DNA of 60,663 nt. Source: Deltaproteobacteria bacterium. Lineage in GTDB: Bacteria > Desulfobacterota > JACPFL01. The notes under the pieces were generated by a model. That model was not told the DNA's origin and made no database searches. It saw only the letters and a program-made list of their open reading frames with translations. Position 1 is the stretch's first letter, and every line of letters starts with the position of its first letter. Positions 51,277 to 60,126 of this stretch are shown here, in pieces. The translations under genes were made by a program, and so were the position numbers. The stretch lies in assembly GCA_016183025.1 (NCBI GenBank), contig JACPFL010000027.1, forward strand, positions 1 to 60,663, given 5' to 3'.

Positions 51277-52553
51277 TCGGTGCCCAGTGGGGCGACGAGG
51301 GGAAGGGGAAGGTGGTGGACCTCCTCACCGAGTATGCCGACGTCGTCGTCCGCTTCCAGGGTGGGGCGAACGCGGGCCACACCCTGGTCGTGGAGGGGGA
51401 GACCCTGATCCTGCACCTCGTCCCATCGGGCGTGCTCTACCCGGGGAAGCTCTGCATCATCGGGGACGGGGTGGTGGTGGACCCGCGGGCGCTGATCGAG
51501 GAGATGGACGGGCTCCGGGCCCGGGGGCTGCTCCGGCAGGAGGAGAACCTCCTCGTGAGCGAACGAGCCCACATGACCCTGCCGTACCACCGCCTGGTGG
51601 ACACCGCGCGGGAGGCGCACCGGGGAGCCCGGCGCATCGGGACGACAGGGCGGGGGATCGGCCCGACCTACGAGGACAAGATCGCCCGGGTGGGGATCCG
51701 GTTTGCCGACCTGCTGGACGAGGAGATCTTCACGGAGAAGCTGAAGGCCGTCCTCGAGGAGCGCAATGCCTACCTCGTGCACGTCCTGCAGCAGCCCCAG
51801 GCCCGCTTCGAGGCGATCTGCGAGGAATACCTCGGCTATGCGCGGCGGCTCCGGCCGCTCGTGGCCAACACCTCCCTGGTGATCGACCAGGCCATGCGGC
51901 AGGGGAAGGGCGTCCTCTTCGAGGGGGCCCAGGGGACCCACCTCGATGTGGACCACGGCACCTACCCGTTCGTGACCTCCTCCAACACCGTAGCCGGCGC
52001 CGCGTGCGTGGGCTCGGGGATCGGGCCGACCCGCATCACGGCGGTGGTGGGGATCTGCAAGGCTTACACGACCCGGGTGGGCGAGGGGCCGTTCCCCACG
52101 GAGCTCCACGACGACTGCGGCGGACGGCTCCGGGAGGACGGGCAGGAGTATGGCGCGACCACGGGTCGCCCGCGGCGCTGCGGCTGGTTCGATGCCGTGC
52201 TGGTGCGCGACGCGGTGCGGCTGAACGGCCTGACCGGGCTGGCCCTCACGAAGCTGGACGTGCTCACCGGGTTCCCGGACCTCCGGGTCTGCACGGCGTA
52301 CCGGTACCGCGGCGAGACGTTCACCGAGGTGCCGGCCAACTTCCGGGTCCTCGAGGGCTGCGAGCCGATCTACGAGGAGCTGCCGGGCTGGGACGTCCGA
52401 GCGCGAGGGGCGCGCCGGTTCGAGGAGCTCCCCGTGAACGCCCAGCGCTACGTCCGGCGCCTGGAAGAGCACGTGGGGGCCGAGTTCTGCATGATCTCCG
52501 TCGGCCCCGGGCGGACCGAGACGATCCTCCTCAAGAACCCGTTCGGGCAGTGA
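51258..52553 (+). CDS. purA: Adenylosuccinate synthetase
   Basis: I trimmed the track ORF to ATG 51258. [44 protein letters not shown] and [15 protein letters not shown] are canonical PurA motifs. Confidence 0.95.
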   Translation: [431 protein letters not shown]

Positions 52554-53992
52554 GCGATCGGCCCGCCCTCCGCCTGTCCGTCCTCGTCGCGATCCTGCTG
52601 GCTGCCGGCTGCGCGTCGCCGCTCCCGGCGCCGGAGACCGGGCGGACGCTCGCGCCGCTCCGGACCCCGTACAGCGTCGTGCTGGACGGGGTCCTCGAGA
52701 CGCGACCGCCGGGGCCCACAACGTTGGCGTACCCGCTCCCCCTGGCCGACGTCCGGTCCAAGCTAGCGACCGGCCTCACCGCGGCGGGGCCATTCGAACG
52801 CCTGGAGGCCGCTCCCCCCGGAGCCGAGGCCCGGCCCCCGGTGAGCTTCCTGCTGCAGCTCCGGATTGTCGGCTACGCGCTGGAGCCGGCCAGGAACAAC
52901 GCGCTCATGGTCCCCCGGACGTTGCTCAACGCGGGCCTGCTCCCCTTGTTCGCCGCAGGCTCCTACCTGTTCGACCGAGACCTCGGGGCGCAGCTCTTCG
53001 CGTCCACGGTGTTGCGGGGCACAACCGACGTGGAGGTCCGCCTCCTCGACCCGCGGACCGGCCTGCCGGTGCTCCGGAGGAGCTACCAGGGTGAGGCCTG
53101 GCGGAACATTTCGGAGGACCGCTGGCGCCGGGCCCTGAAGGCACGCCGCACCCAGGAGCTGGCCGAGGCCCATGCCCTGGCTGTGGACGGTCTCGGAGCG
53201 GTCGCGGCACTGGTCGCCCGAGACCCGGCTTACGCCTACCTGCCGGCCTACGAGGCCATCGCGCGTGCCCGGAGACTGCTGCTCGTCCCCGGTGCCGCCG
53301 CAGCCGAGGTGAGGACCCGCACAGTGCTGGACCTGATCGAGCTCGCCGGGGAGCTGTCCTGGGAAGGCCCGGCAGGGGATGAGCCCGGCGCGGCGACGCC
53401 TGCCGAGCTCCCGCCGCTCTTCCCGGAGCCCTCCCCACTCGGCACCGCCCTCGCCCCGCTCCAGGAGTGGTTGACCGGGCTGGCCACCTATCGGGACCCG
53501 GCGCGGATTCCGGCGGAGGAGGCAGCGCTCATGCGCGACGTGATCCGGGGCCTCGCCCGGGCGCTCCATGAGCACCCTGGTCTCGGGCCGGCCATGGCCG
53601 GGCCCCTCGGGCTGCGGGCCGCGCCCGAGGAGCGGCAGGAGCAGCTCACCACGCGCATGCAGAGCCTCCAGGGTTTGGCCGGATTTGCCCTGCTGGTGGC
53701 GGAGTCCGGGGAGACGCTCCTGATCCGGAGCGGGGTGATCTGGGATCTGACGATCCAGCTCCCGGCCGGAGAGGTCCCGGACGCGGAGGTTCGGGCCTGG
53801 CTGCGCGAGCTGGGGCTGGCGGATGATCGGGAGGGGGTCTCGGGGCGTTACCGGCTCGGCCCGGTCACCCCGGCGCAGGCCGCCGTCCTGGCAGACCTGC
53901 TCTTCACCGCCGTGCTCGGCCTCGAGGATGACTACAGCCTGGCCCTGGTGGTCTTCCCTCAGTACGAGGCCTGGGACTGGGGCGACGCCTGA
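52550..53992 (+). CDS. Hypothetical lipoprotein (about 480 aa), start/stop-coupled to purA
   Basis: GTG 52550 overlaps the purA TGA (52551-52553). VSDRPALRLSVLVAILLAAGC is a signal peptide with an L-A-A-G-C lipobox. The frame stays open for 480 codons with GC3-rich codon usage. I recognised no family. Confidence 0.55.
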   Translation: MSDRPALRLSVLVAILLAAGCASPLPAPETGRTLAPLRTPYSVVLDGVLETRPPGPTTLAYPLPLADVRSKLATGLTAAGPFERLEAAPPGAEARPPVSFLLQLRIVGYALEPARNNALMVPRTLLNAGLLPLFAAGSYLFDRDLGAQLFASTVLRGTTDVEVRLLDPRTGLPVLRRSYQGEAWRNISEDRWRRALKARRTQELAEAHALAVDGLGAVAALVARDPAYAYLPAYEAIARARRLLLVPGAAAAEVRTRTVLDLIELAGELSWEGPAGDEPGAATPAELPPLFPEPSPLGTALAPLQEWLTGLATYRDPARIPAEEAALMRDVIRGLARALHEHPGLGPAMAGPLGLRAAPEERQEQLTTRMQSLQGLAGFALLVAESGETLLIRSGVIWDLTIQLPAGEVPDAEVRAWLRELGLADDREGVSGRYRLGPVTPAQAAVLADLLFTAVLGLEDDYSLALVVFPQYEAWDWGDA

Positions 53993-54002
53993 GCCCAGTC
54001 CC

Positions 54003-54686
54003 CTACTTGCGCACCCACCGTCCTCCAGGGAGCTGCACCCACCAGCCGGACTGCGCCTCGTTCCGTCGCTGCTCCGCGAATGTCCGGACCGCGTCCGGCT
54101 GGACCCGCCGCAGGGTATCGTCGTTGACCGGGGCCTTCTGGATGCGGAGCACCGCGCGGGCAATCCCGCTGATGACGACCCGGCGGTCCTGGTTCTCCTG
54201 CTCCACGAGCCGCCCTTCGTCACCGCTCAGCGCGCCCCGTGGGCTCAGCAGGCCATTGTCGGCTTCCCCGACCTTCCCCTCATTGCGCAGGCGATCCACC
54301 TGTGGCAGCCGGGCCCCCATCCGCCGGTAGGCGTCCATCACGTCGGGCATCCCCCGGAGTTCCTGGGTCACGTTGCCGGCTTGGGCCAGGGCCTCCCGCG
54401 CCGTGAGCAGGAACAACAGCGCCTCCCCTCGCCAGACCCAGCGCCGCTCCTCGCCGCCCGGTGTGAGGCGGAAGTTCTGCTTCTGCTCCGGGGGCCGTGC
54501 CGGAGCCTGTCCCGTTCCCTCCGGGCGGCGCAGCAGCTCCCCTTCCAGGCTCTGCAGGGCCTGCTTCACCTCCCGCTCGGGGAAGAAGACGTTGACCGTG
54601 ATGGAGACGCAAGATGCCACTGCCAGGCTGAGGACGACCGCGCCAGTCAGCCAGCCCCGCCTCAGTCCTGCCCGACCGTGCCGCAT
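54003..54686 (-). CDS. Lipoprotein with a C-terminal DUF1318 (YdbL-like) domain and an extra N-terminal region
   Basis: I preferred ATG 54686 (MRHGRAGLRRGWLTGAVVLSLAVASC has a lipobox; AGGAGGAG upstream). The C-terminal half has GKVGEADNGLL, ENQDRR, and the ending GWWVQLPGGRWVRK, which matches my memory of YdbL/DUF1318 proteins. Confidence 0.7.
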   Translation of the reverse strand: MRHGRAGLRRGWLTGAVVLSLAVASCVSITVNVFFPEREVKQALQSLEGELLRRPEGTGQAPARPPEQKQNFRLTPGGEERRWVWRGEALLFLLTAREALAQAGNVTQELRGMPDVMDAYRRMGARLPQVDRLRNEGKVGEADNGLLSPRGALSGDEGRLVEQENQDRRVVISGIARAVLRIQKAPVNDDTLRRVQPDAVRTFAEQRRNEAQSGWWVQLPGGRWVRK

Positions 54687-54708
54687 GTGTGGCTCCTCCT
54701 GATGTGGG

Positions 54709-57700
54709 TTAACGGAACTGGATCTGTGGTCCGCCACCGCCGGTGGCGCGCCCTGCAGCCTGGGTCACGCTCCAGAGGAGATGCTCGATCGAGATGGCAT
54801 TTTGCCTGGAATCCACCCCGATGTAAAGGTCCCGGAACCCCAGGGTCGTGTGGGAGACCTCGAGCCGGTCGAAGATGAGATAGCCGTCGCGCACGCGCGC
54901 GCTCAGGATCGCCCGGTCGTAGGGCCGGGTCCCCCCGCCGAGCAGGTACCAGGTCCGGCCGACCCCCAGCTTCTGCAGGAGGCCTCGCCCGATCAGCTTC
55001 GGCTCCTCCGAGTCGAGCGCGAAGAGGCTCGCCTGCCCGCCCAGGCGCATCAGGGCCAGCCCGCTCCCTGTCAGCCGGACCGCCCCGCTGAGCCGGCCCG
55101 AGACGAAGTCCAGGGTCGCGGGATGGCTGTCGGTCAGGGCCCGGAGGCTGACCGCGCGGAACACGATGAAGAGGGCGAGGCGCGGCAGGGGGCCGCCCAG
55201 GTCCAGGGCTCCGTACCCCCGTCCTTCGCCGCGATACACGTCGAAGCTCAGCGCCTCGATCGGAAGCAGGCCGTCGCCCGCGCCCAGCGTCACCCGCAGG
55301 TTCGTGAGGCCGACGATCCCGTACCGGACTGCAGCGATGGTGAAGGACTGGCTCCCCTGTCGGACTGGGCGGGTCTGGACTTCCCGCCAGAGGGACTCGA
55401 ACCGCTCTCGGTCCAGGACCGAGAAGGTGGGCAGGGGTGGCAATGCGGGGGGGTCTGCCGAAGCGGGTCTCCCGAACGCGCGGCGCACAGGCAGGGTCCC
55501 GTTGATCCCTTCGACGTGGAACTCTCCCTGGTCCACCGTCGCCCCCTGAAGCCGCACCTGGCCGGTGACGTCGAACCCCTGAGTCCGGGAGCCGGCGAGC
55601 GCCACGTCGGCCTGCAGCGTGCCCCGCATCTTTGCAGACCAGAGGGCGCGGGGAAGCAGGGGGAGGAACGCCTGGTGCACCGTCTCCAGAGAGACCGGGG
55701 GAAGCTCCACCGTGAGCCGCGCGGCACTGCTCATTGAGCGTGGGTCCTGAACCTGGCCGCCCAGGTTGAGGGTCATCCCCTCGGGGAACCGGACCGTGCC
55801 CCGCACCAACGCGGGGGCCCGCCCGCGCAGCTCCAGAGCGGCCTCCGCGCGGATGCCGGTGAAGAGGGTCTCAGGCGGCTCTCCCCGCGTGACCGTGAGG
55901 TCGGCAACCGTGAGGGCCGCTTCCCCCTCAAGGGTACGGTCAGGGCGCATCGTGCCGCTGATGCGCGCGTTCACCGTCCCCACCGGCAGCCCCACAGGGA
56001 ACGGGGCGAGACGTGCCGCGAAGGCCGCGAGCTCTCTGACAGACAGGGCCTCGGCGCTCCCCCGGACGGCTACGGTTGGCGACGGGGTGCCGAGCAGAGC
56101 TTCGGCCTCCATGGCCAGGCGGCCGCCCAGCAGGCGCGCCGTCGCCCCACTGAGCTGGACGCGGTCCCGAGTGGCGCTGAACCGGGCGCTCAGTCCCGTG
56201 ACCGGCAGTCCGAGCAGCTCAGCGCTCTCCATGGTCAACGATCCCTGAGCCAGAGGATCGGCGGCCGTCGCCCTGCCCGGAGACCTGTCCTGAGGCGTCC
56301 CAGTGGCCGGGGGGACCCGAACGAGCGCCTGGACAGCCAGCCCCGTCACGTTGGCTGACGGAGACTGGAGCTCGGTGCGGATCCCCGACGCCGCCACCGT
56401 GAACGCCTCCCTGGCGTCGCTGACCGGGCTCACCGTCACATCACGGGCCGTGGCCCGCAAGGCCTCGTGTACGCGCAGGGACAGCTCGTGAAGGCGGAGA
56501 CGCCCCTGTTCCCAGGTGACGGCTGTGGTCAGCTCCTGGAAGGTCACGCCCCTCACGCTTCCCCGCCGGGCGGTCACCCGTCCCTCAGCGGTCAGGGCAC
56601 CGGCTGACGTGCCCACCGCGGTGTGAAGCTCTAGACGCTCCAGGGACGCCCCGTCCGCGGCGCGAACCCCGGTCACGTTCCCGGTGATCGCGGCCCGCCA
56701 CGGCTGCCCGAGGCCTCCCCGGAACTCCAGTCGCTCCACGCGCAGCGCCTCCACGGTCAACCGGGGCGAGGAGAGCCGGCGCAGCAACAGGGGCCCCCCT
56801 GCGCCCGTCACATCCCCGCGCTGGGCTCCGGGGGTCCTGAGCTGAAACGGGAGGCTTCCCTGGATGGCTGCCACGTCGAGTGGCTCGCCGCGGAAGCGCG
56901 CACGGATCGGGGCGCGGGTGGTCAGGGTCACGACCCCCTGCAGCTCGAGGGGAAACGGACGGGACGGGCCCTTGCCGGCGGCCCGCCCATCGAGTCGGAC
57001 CTCCACGCCGAGCGTTCCGGCAGAGACCGTCACAGGGAGGGACGGGCCCAGCGCCTGCGCCAGGCGTGAGAGGTCGAGCTGGCGGGCTGTCAGCCGGCCG
57101 CGGAGCTGCACCTGATCATCGCTCCCACGGGCCTGGAGCTCTCCGGCGAGCGGCTGACCGTTCAGCGTCGCTCCGAATTCCGGCAGCGCGACCTCCCGGA
57201 TCACCCCGCCCGCGCCGAGGTCCACGATCAGGCGGGCCGAGGCCTGGCGAAGCTCCTGGCCGGCGAGCCGCGCACGGTTCACGGCCAGCCTGCCCCGAGC
57301 CTGCAGCGGTCCGACCCCTTCACGGCCGAAGGCGTGCCGGAACGCCAGGGTGGCCTCGCCCCGCTCGACAAGGATCCCCGAGGAGCCGGCTACGCCCAGG
57401 CCTTCGACCCGACACTCTCCCTCAGCCACCAGCGTCGGCAGGTGTCCGATCACGGTCACCGGGCCACAGCCCAGACGCCCATGGAGCGTGAGGCCACGGA
57501 CTGCCGACGGGAGGAGCTGACGGAGGCCGTGGGGGAGCGCCTCGAGGGCCAGCGGTTCGGAACGCGCCTGGATGGCCACCTGGACTGGCCCTCCGGCGGG
57601 TCCTGTCCCCCGGACCGGCTCCACGGTCCCGCTCAGGGTCAGAGCCGGCCAGCCGTCCGCAGCCATCCGGAGCGTGCGGAGCTCCAGGCGATCCGAGACC

Positions 57701-58737
57701 TGGTGATAGACCACGTCCGCGGCCACCTGCCCTGTGACGGGGAGACTGCCAATCGGGAGAGGGGCCAGCGTGCTGAACCGGCTGACCGTCGCCTGAACCT
57801 GGAGCGCGCGGTCTGCCATCAGGCGGATGCCCGTGCTGAAATCCAGGAGGGTCTCCGGAACCGGGATCTTCACCCCCAGGCTGGCTATGGCTGCCGCGAC
57901 ATTGAACCCCGTGGCCGTGACCAGCACGTCGGCCGTCGGGGGCTGGGCGAGCGCGCGCACCGTCCCCCGGAACGAAAGCGGGCTCGCACCGATTTCGGCC
58001 ACACCCCGGACCTCCACGGAGGTAGGTTCTCCCCGCCCAGGGCCCGCTGGGGCCTGGATGGGGGAGCCCTGGACCGGCACCCGGATGACCTCGACCTGCT
58101 GGAGCGCCAGCTCACGCAGGCGCAGGAGCCGGCGCCCGCCCATCCAGACCTCGCCCCCGCTCACGCGCAGGCGTTCGAACGGGAGCTGCTCGCGCCGGGG
58201 CGCCGGGGGCTGACGGGCCTGCCACTGGAGGAGTGTGTCCACCTCCAGAACCGGCTCACGCAGGCTCACCTCGCGGATGGTGAGGCGGCGGCGCCGGATG
58301 AGGTCCCCCCAGTCGATCACGATGCCCAGAGTGCTGACCGAGACCATGCGCGCCCGTCGCGCCGGGTCGACCACCGTGAGACCCTGGAGCATGATCGCGG
58401 GGGGGGTAAGCCAGAGGCTCTGGACGCGGACCTCTGCCTTGAAGGCTGAGGCGCTCCACCGGGCCAGCCACTGCCGGCCACGGCCGCTGGCCAGGAACAG
58501 GGAGAGCGCGACGGAGACGAGCAGGAGCAGGACGATCAGACCCCCGACCACGTAGGCGATCAGACGGCCGATCCGTGCCAGCCGGGGGCGGGACCGTCCT
58601 GCGGGGGGCCGATCAGTGGGACCGTTATCGGCAGAGGCCCTCACACGATCAGGGTAGCGCGGAGGTGAACGGGGGGTCAAAGGGAATTGCCGCACCGGAT
58701 GCGGTGCCCTCCACGCTTGACGTTCGCGGGGGCCCAT
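54709..58737 (-). CDS. Giant AsmA-like / YdbH-like envelope protein (N-terminal TM anchor plus a long beta-rich body)
   Basis: The protein is 1342 aa. It has one N-terminal TM helix (LIAYVVGGLIVLLLLVSVALSLFLA) followed by an AsmA-type opening (EVRVQSLWLTPPAIMLQGLTVVD...LTIREVSLREPVLEVD). The remainder is Gly/Leu/Val/Arg/Thr-rich and repetitive. A DUF1318 gene lies 22 nt downstream, as in ydbH-ynbE-ydbL loci. The exact start is uncertain. Confidence 0.65.
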   Translation of the reverse strand: MGPRERQAWRAPHPVRQFPLTPRSPPRYPDRVRASADNGPTDRPPAGRSRPRLARIGRLIAYVVGGLIVLLLLVSVALSLFLASGRGRQWLARWSASAFKAEVRVQSLWLTPPAIMLQGLTVVDPARRARMVSVSTLGIVIDWGDLIRRRRLTIREVSLREPVLEVDTLLQWQARQPPAPRREQLPFERLRVSGGEVWMGGRRLLRLRELALQQVEVIRVPVQGSPIQAPAGPGRGEPTSVEVRGVAEIGASPLSFRGTVRALAQPPTADVLVTATGFNVAAAIASLGVKIPVPETLLDFSTGIRLMADRALQVQATVSRFSTLAPLPIGSLPVTGQVAADVVYHQVSDRLELRTLRMAADGWPALTLSGTVEPVRGTGPAGGPVQVAIQARSEPLALEALPHGLRQLLPSAVRGLTLHGRLGCGPVTVIGHLPTLVAEGECRVEGLGVAGSSGILVERGEATLAFRHAFGREGVGPLQARGRLAVNRARLAGQELRQASARLIVDLGAGGVIREVALPEFGATLNGQPLAGELQARGSDDQVQLRGRLTARQLDLSRLAQALGPSLPVTVSAGTLGVEVRLDGRAAGKGPSRPFPLELQGVVTLTTRAPIRARFRGEPLDVAAIQGSLPFQLRTPGAQRGDVTGAGGPLLLRRLSSPRLTVEALRVERLEFRGGLGQPWRAAITGNVTGVRAADGASLERLELHTAVGTSAGALTAEGRVTARRGSVRGVTFQELTTAVTWEQGRLRLHELSLRVHEALRATARDVTVSPVSDAREAFTVAASGIRTELQSPSANVTGLAVQALVRVPPATGTPQDRSPGRATAADPLAQGSLTMESAELLGLPVTGLSARFSATRDRVQLSGATARLLGGRLAMEAEALLGTPSPTVAVRGSAEALSVRELAAFAARLAPFPVGLPVGTVNARISGTMRPDRTLEGEAALTVADLTVTRGEPPETLFTGIRAEAALELRGRAPALVRGTVRFPEGMTLNLGGQVQDPRSMSSAARLTVELPPVSLETVHQAFLPLLPRALWSAKMRGTLQADVALAGSRTQGFDVTGQVRLQGATVDQGEFHVEGINGTLPVRRAFGRPASADPPALPPLPTFSVLDRERFESLWREVQTRPVRQGSQSFTIAAVRYGIVGLTNLRVTLGAGDGLLPIEALSFDVYRGEGRGYGALDLGGPLPRLALFIVFRAVSLRALTDSHPATLDFVSGRLSGAVRLTGSGLALMRLGGQASLFALDSEEPKLIGRGLLQKLGVGRTWYLLGGGTRPYDRAILSARVRDGYLIFDRLEVSHTTLGFRDLYIGVDSRQNAISIEHLLWSVTQAAGRATGGGGPQIQFR

Positions 58738-58847
58738 GCTACCACCTGAATATTGCCGAGCGGAGCCGGCTGCCGTGAGTCTGGTGACGGCCCGGCACGG
58801 GCGGCACCAGGACCGCCACGCGCGCCCGGAAAGAGAGGGAGGAGCCG

Positions 58848-59831
58848 ATGCTCTCAGGGATCCGTCAGGGGGCGCTACGAACCGTGCTCATGGGGAGCCT
58901 GGTCTGGGCCTTGCTGGGTGGAGTGGTCCAGGGGGCGCCCTTAGAGAAGATCGTGTACGCGACCACCGCCACGGGGGGGCTGGGCTTCCTGACCGACGTG
59001 ATCAAGCGGCACCGGATCGACGAGCGCCACGGCATCACGCTGGACCTGAAGCCCTTCTCGCCCGCGGAGGCCGAGAAGGCGACGTACTATAAGAAGGTCG
59101 ATGCCGGGCCGTTCCCCCTGGTCTCGGCTGTCCGGGTCAACGCGAAGGGGGACCGGATCCGGGTCTTCGCGCCCATGCTCTGGAGTCACTTCGCGATCCT
59201 CGCCCGCCCGGGCGCCAACATCCGGACGGTGGAGGAGCTGCGGGGACGCCGGCTCGCCTCCCAGGAGCGGATCACCGCCGGGTACAACACGGCGGCGCTG
59301 GCCTTCCGGATGCTGGGATGGGACTTCGAGAAGAGCGTCCGGCTGGTGATCGGGAGCCCACAGGTGATGATGGCCTGGCTGCAGAAGGGGGAGGTGGACT
59401 CTGCCATCATCTTCTACCCGATGGCCGCACGGGGCATCGCCGAGGGGTGGGCCGTGGAGCTGGCCCGGTTGAGCCAGATCTGGGAGCGGCAGACCGGTGG
59501 ACCGCTGCTCACCCTGGGGCATGCGGTCCACCAGGACTGGCTCGAGGCGCGCCCCGATACCGCCCGCCGTCTGGCTCGCGTCTTCCTGGACGGGCAGCGC
59601 TATGTCGCTGCGCACCCGGAGACCGTGCAGGAATCCCTGAAGTTCCTCGGCGCCAAGAGCGACCGGGAGATCGACCTGTTGAAGAAGGCCATGCCGACCT
59701 TCTATCCCACCTCCTGGGATCGGAAAGGGGTCGAGGACGCCAAGCTTGTCCTGAAGAAATCAATGGAATTCGGTATCTTGGAGAATGTACCTGATAAGGT
59801 ACTCGAAGATCTCTTCGTGATCCTGGAGTGA
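58848..59831 (+). CDS. ABC-type substrate-binding protein, NMT1/THI5-like family (orphan)
   Basis: The 327-aa protein has a signal peptide (TVLMGSLVWALLGGVVQGAP), and GGGAGGAG lies before the ATG. The overall pattern (..RIRVFAP..., GRRLASQERITAGYNTAALAF, EVDSAIIFYP) resembles SsuA/TauA-type SBPs. No transporter genes are adjacent. Confidence 0.75.
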   Translation: MLSGIRQGALRTVLMGSLVWALLGGVVQGAPLEKIVYATTATGGLGFLTDVIKRHRIDERHGITLDLKPFSPAEAEKATYYKKVDAGPFPLVSAVRVNAKGDRIRVFAPMLWSHFAILARPGANIRTVEELRGRRLASQERITAGYNTAALAFRMLGWDFEKSVRLVIGSPQVMMAWLQKGEVDSAIIFYPMAARGIAEGWAVELARLSQIWERQTGGPLLTLGHAVHQDWLEARPDTARRLARVFLDGQRYVAAHPETVQESLKFLGAKSDREIDLLKKAMPTFYPTSWDRKGVEDAKLVLKKSMEFGILENVPDKVLEDLFVILE

Positions 59832-59874
59832 CGCTTTCGGCTTCACCTGACCTTCCCTCCCTGCTCCGCAGGAT

Positions 59875-60084
59875 TCAAGCGGCCCTGATCTGGGCGCGCT
59901 CAAACTCCACGAGGTTGCCGATGCCCCACACGAACGCGATCTTGGCGTCGGGCGACATCGTCTGCCAGAGTTCCCCGGTGAGCAGTTGCGCCGACCCGTC
60001 GGCAGACCCGATGAAATGCCATGCCGCCAGCCCCATGAGCAGGAGGACCGCGCCACAGGTGGCCAGCACGAGGGGCCGGTTCAT
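59875..60084 (-). CDS. Small hypothetical secreted/membrane protein (69 aa)
   Basis: MNRPLVLATCGAVLLLMGLAAWHFIG is a hydrophobic N-terminus. Codon usage is GC3-rich like the neighbouring genes. No SD or family was recognised. Confidence 0.4.
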   Translation of the reverse strand: MNRPLVLATCGAVLLLMGLAAWHFIGSADGSAQLLTGELWQTMSPDAKIAFVWGIGNLVEFERAQIRAA

Positions 60085-60126
60085 TTGTTCGAGATCGCCG
60101 CAGGGGAGGCTGCTCGGTCCGGGATA

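Noticed and set aside
58738-58847. Divergent promoters between the AsmA-like gene and the binding-protein gene.
   Set aside because: There is a TTGACG and an AATATT-like stretch, but no pair with proper 16-18-nt spacing on either strand. The true start codon of the giant gene is also uncertain.
59750-59831. Local drop in G+C over the last ~25 codons of the binding-protein gene (..KKSMEFGILENVPDKVLEDLFVILE).
   Set aside because: It is short, in frame, and continuous with the protein. I see no junction, repeat or mobile-element signature, so it is probably just local composition.
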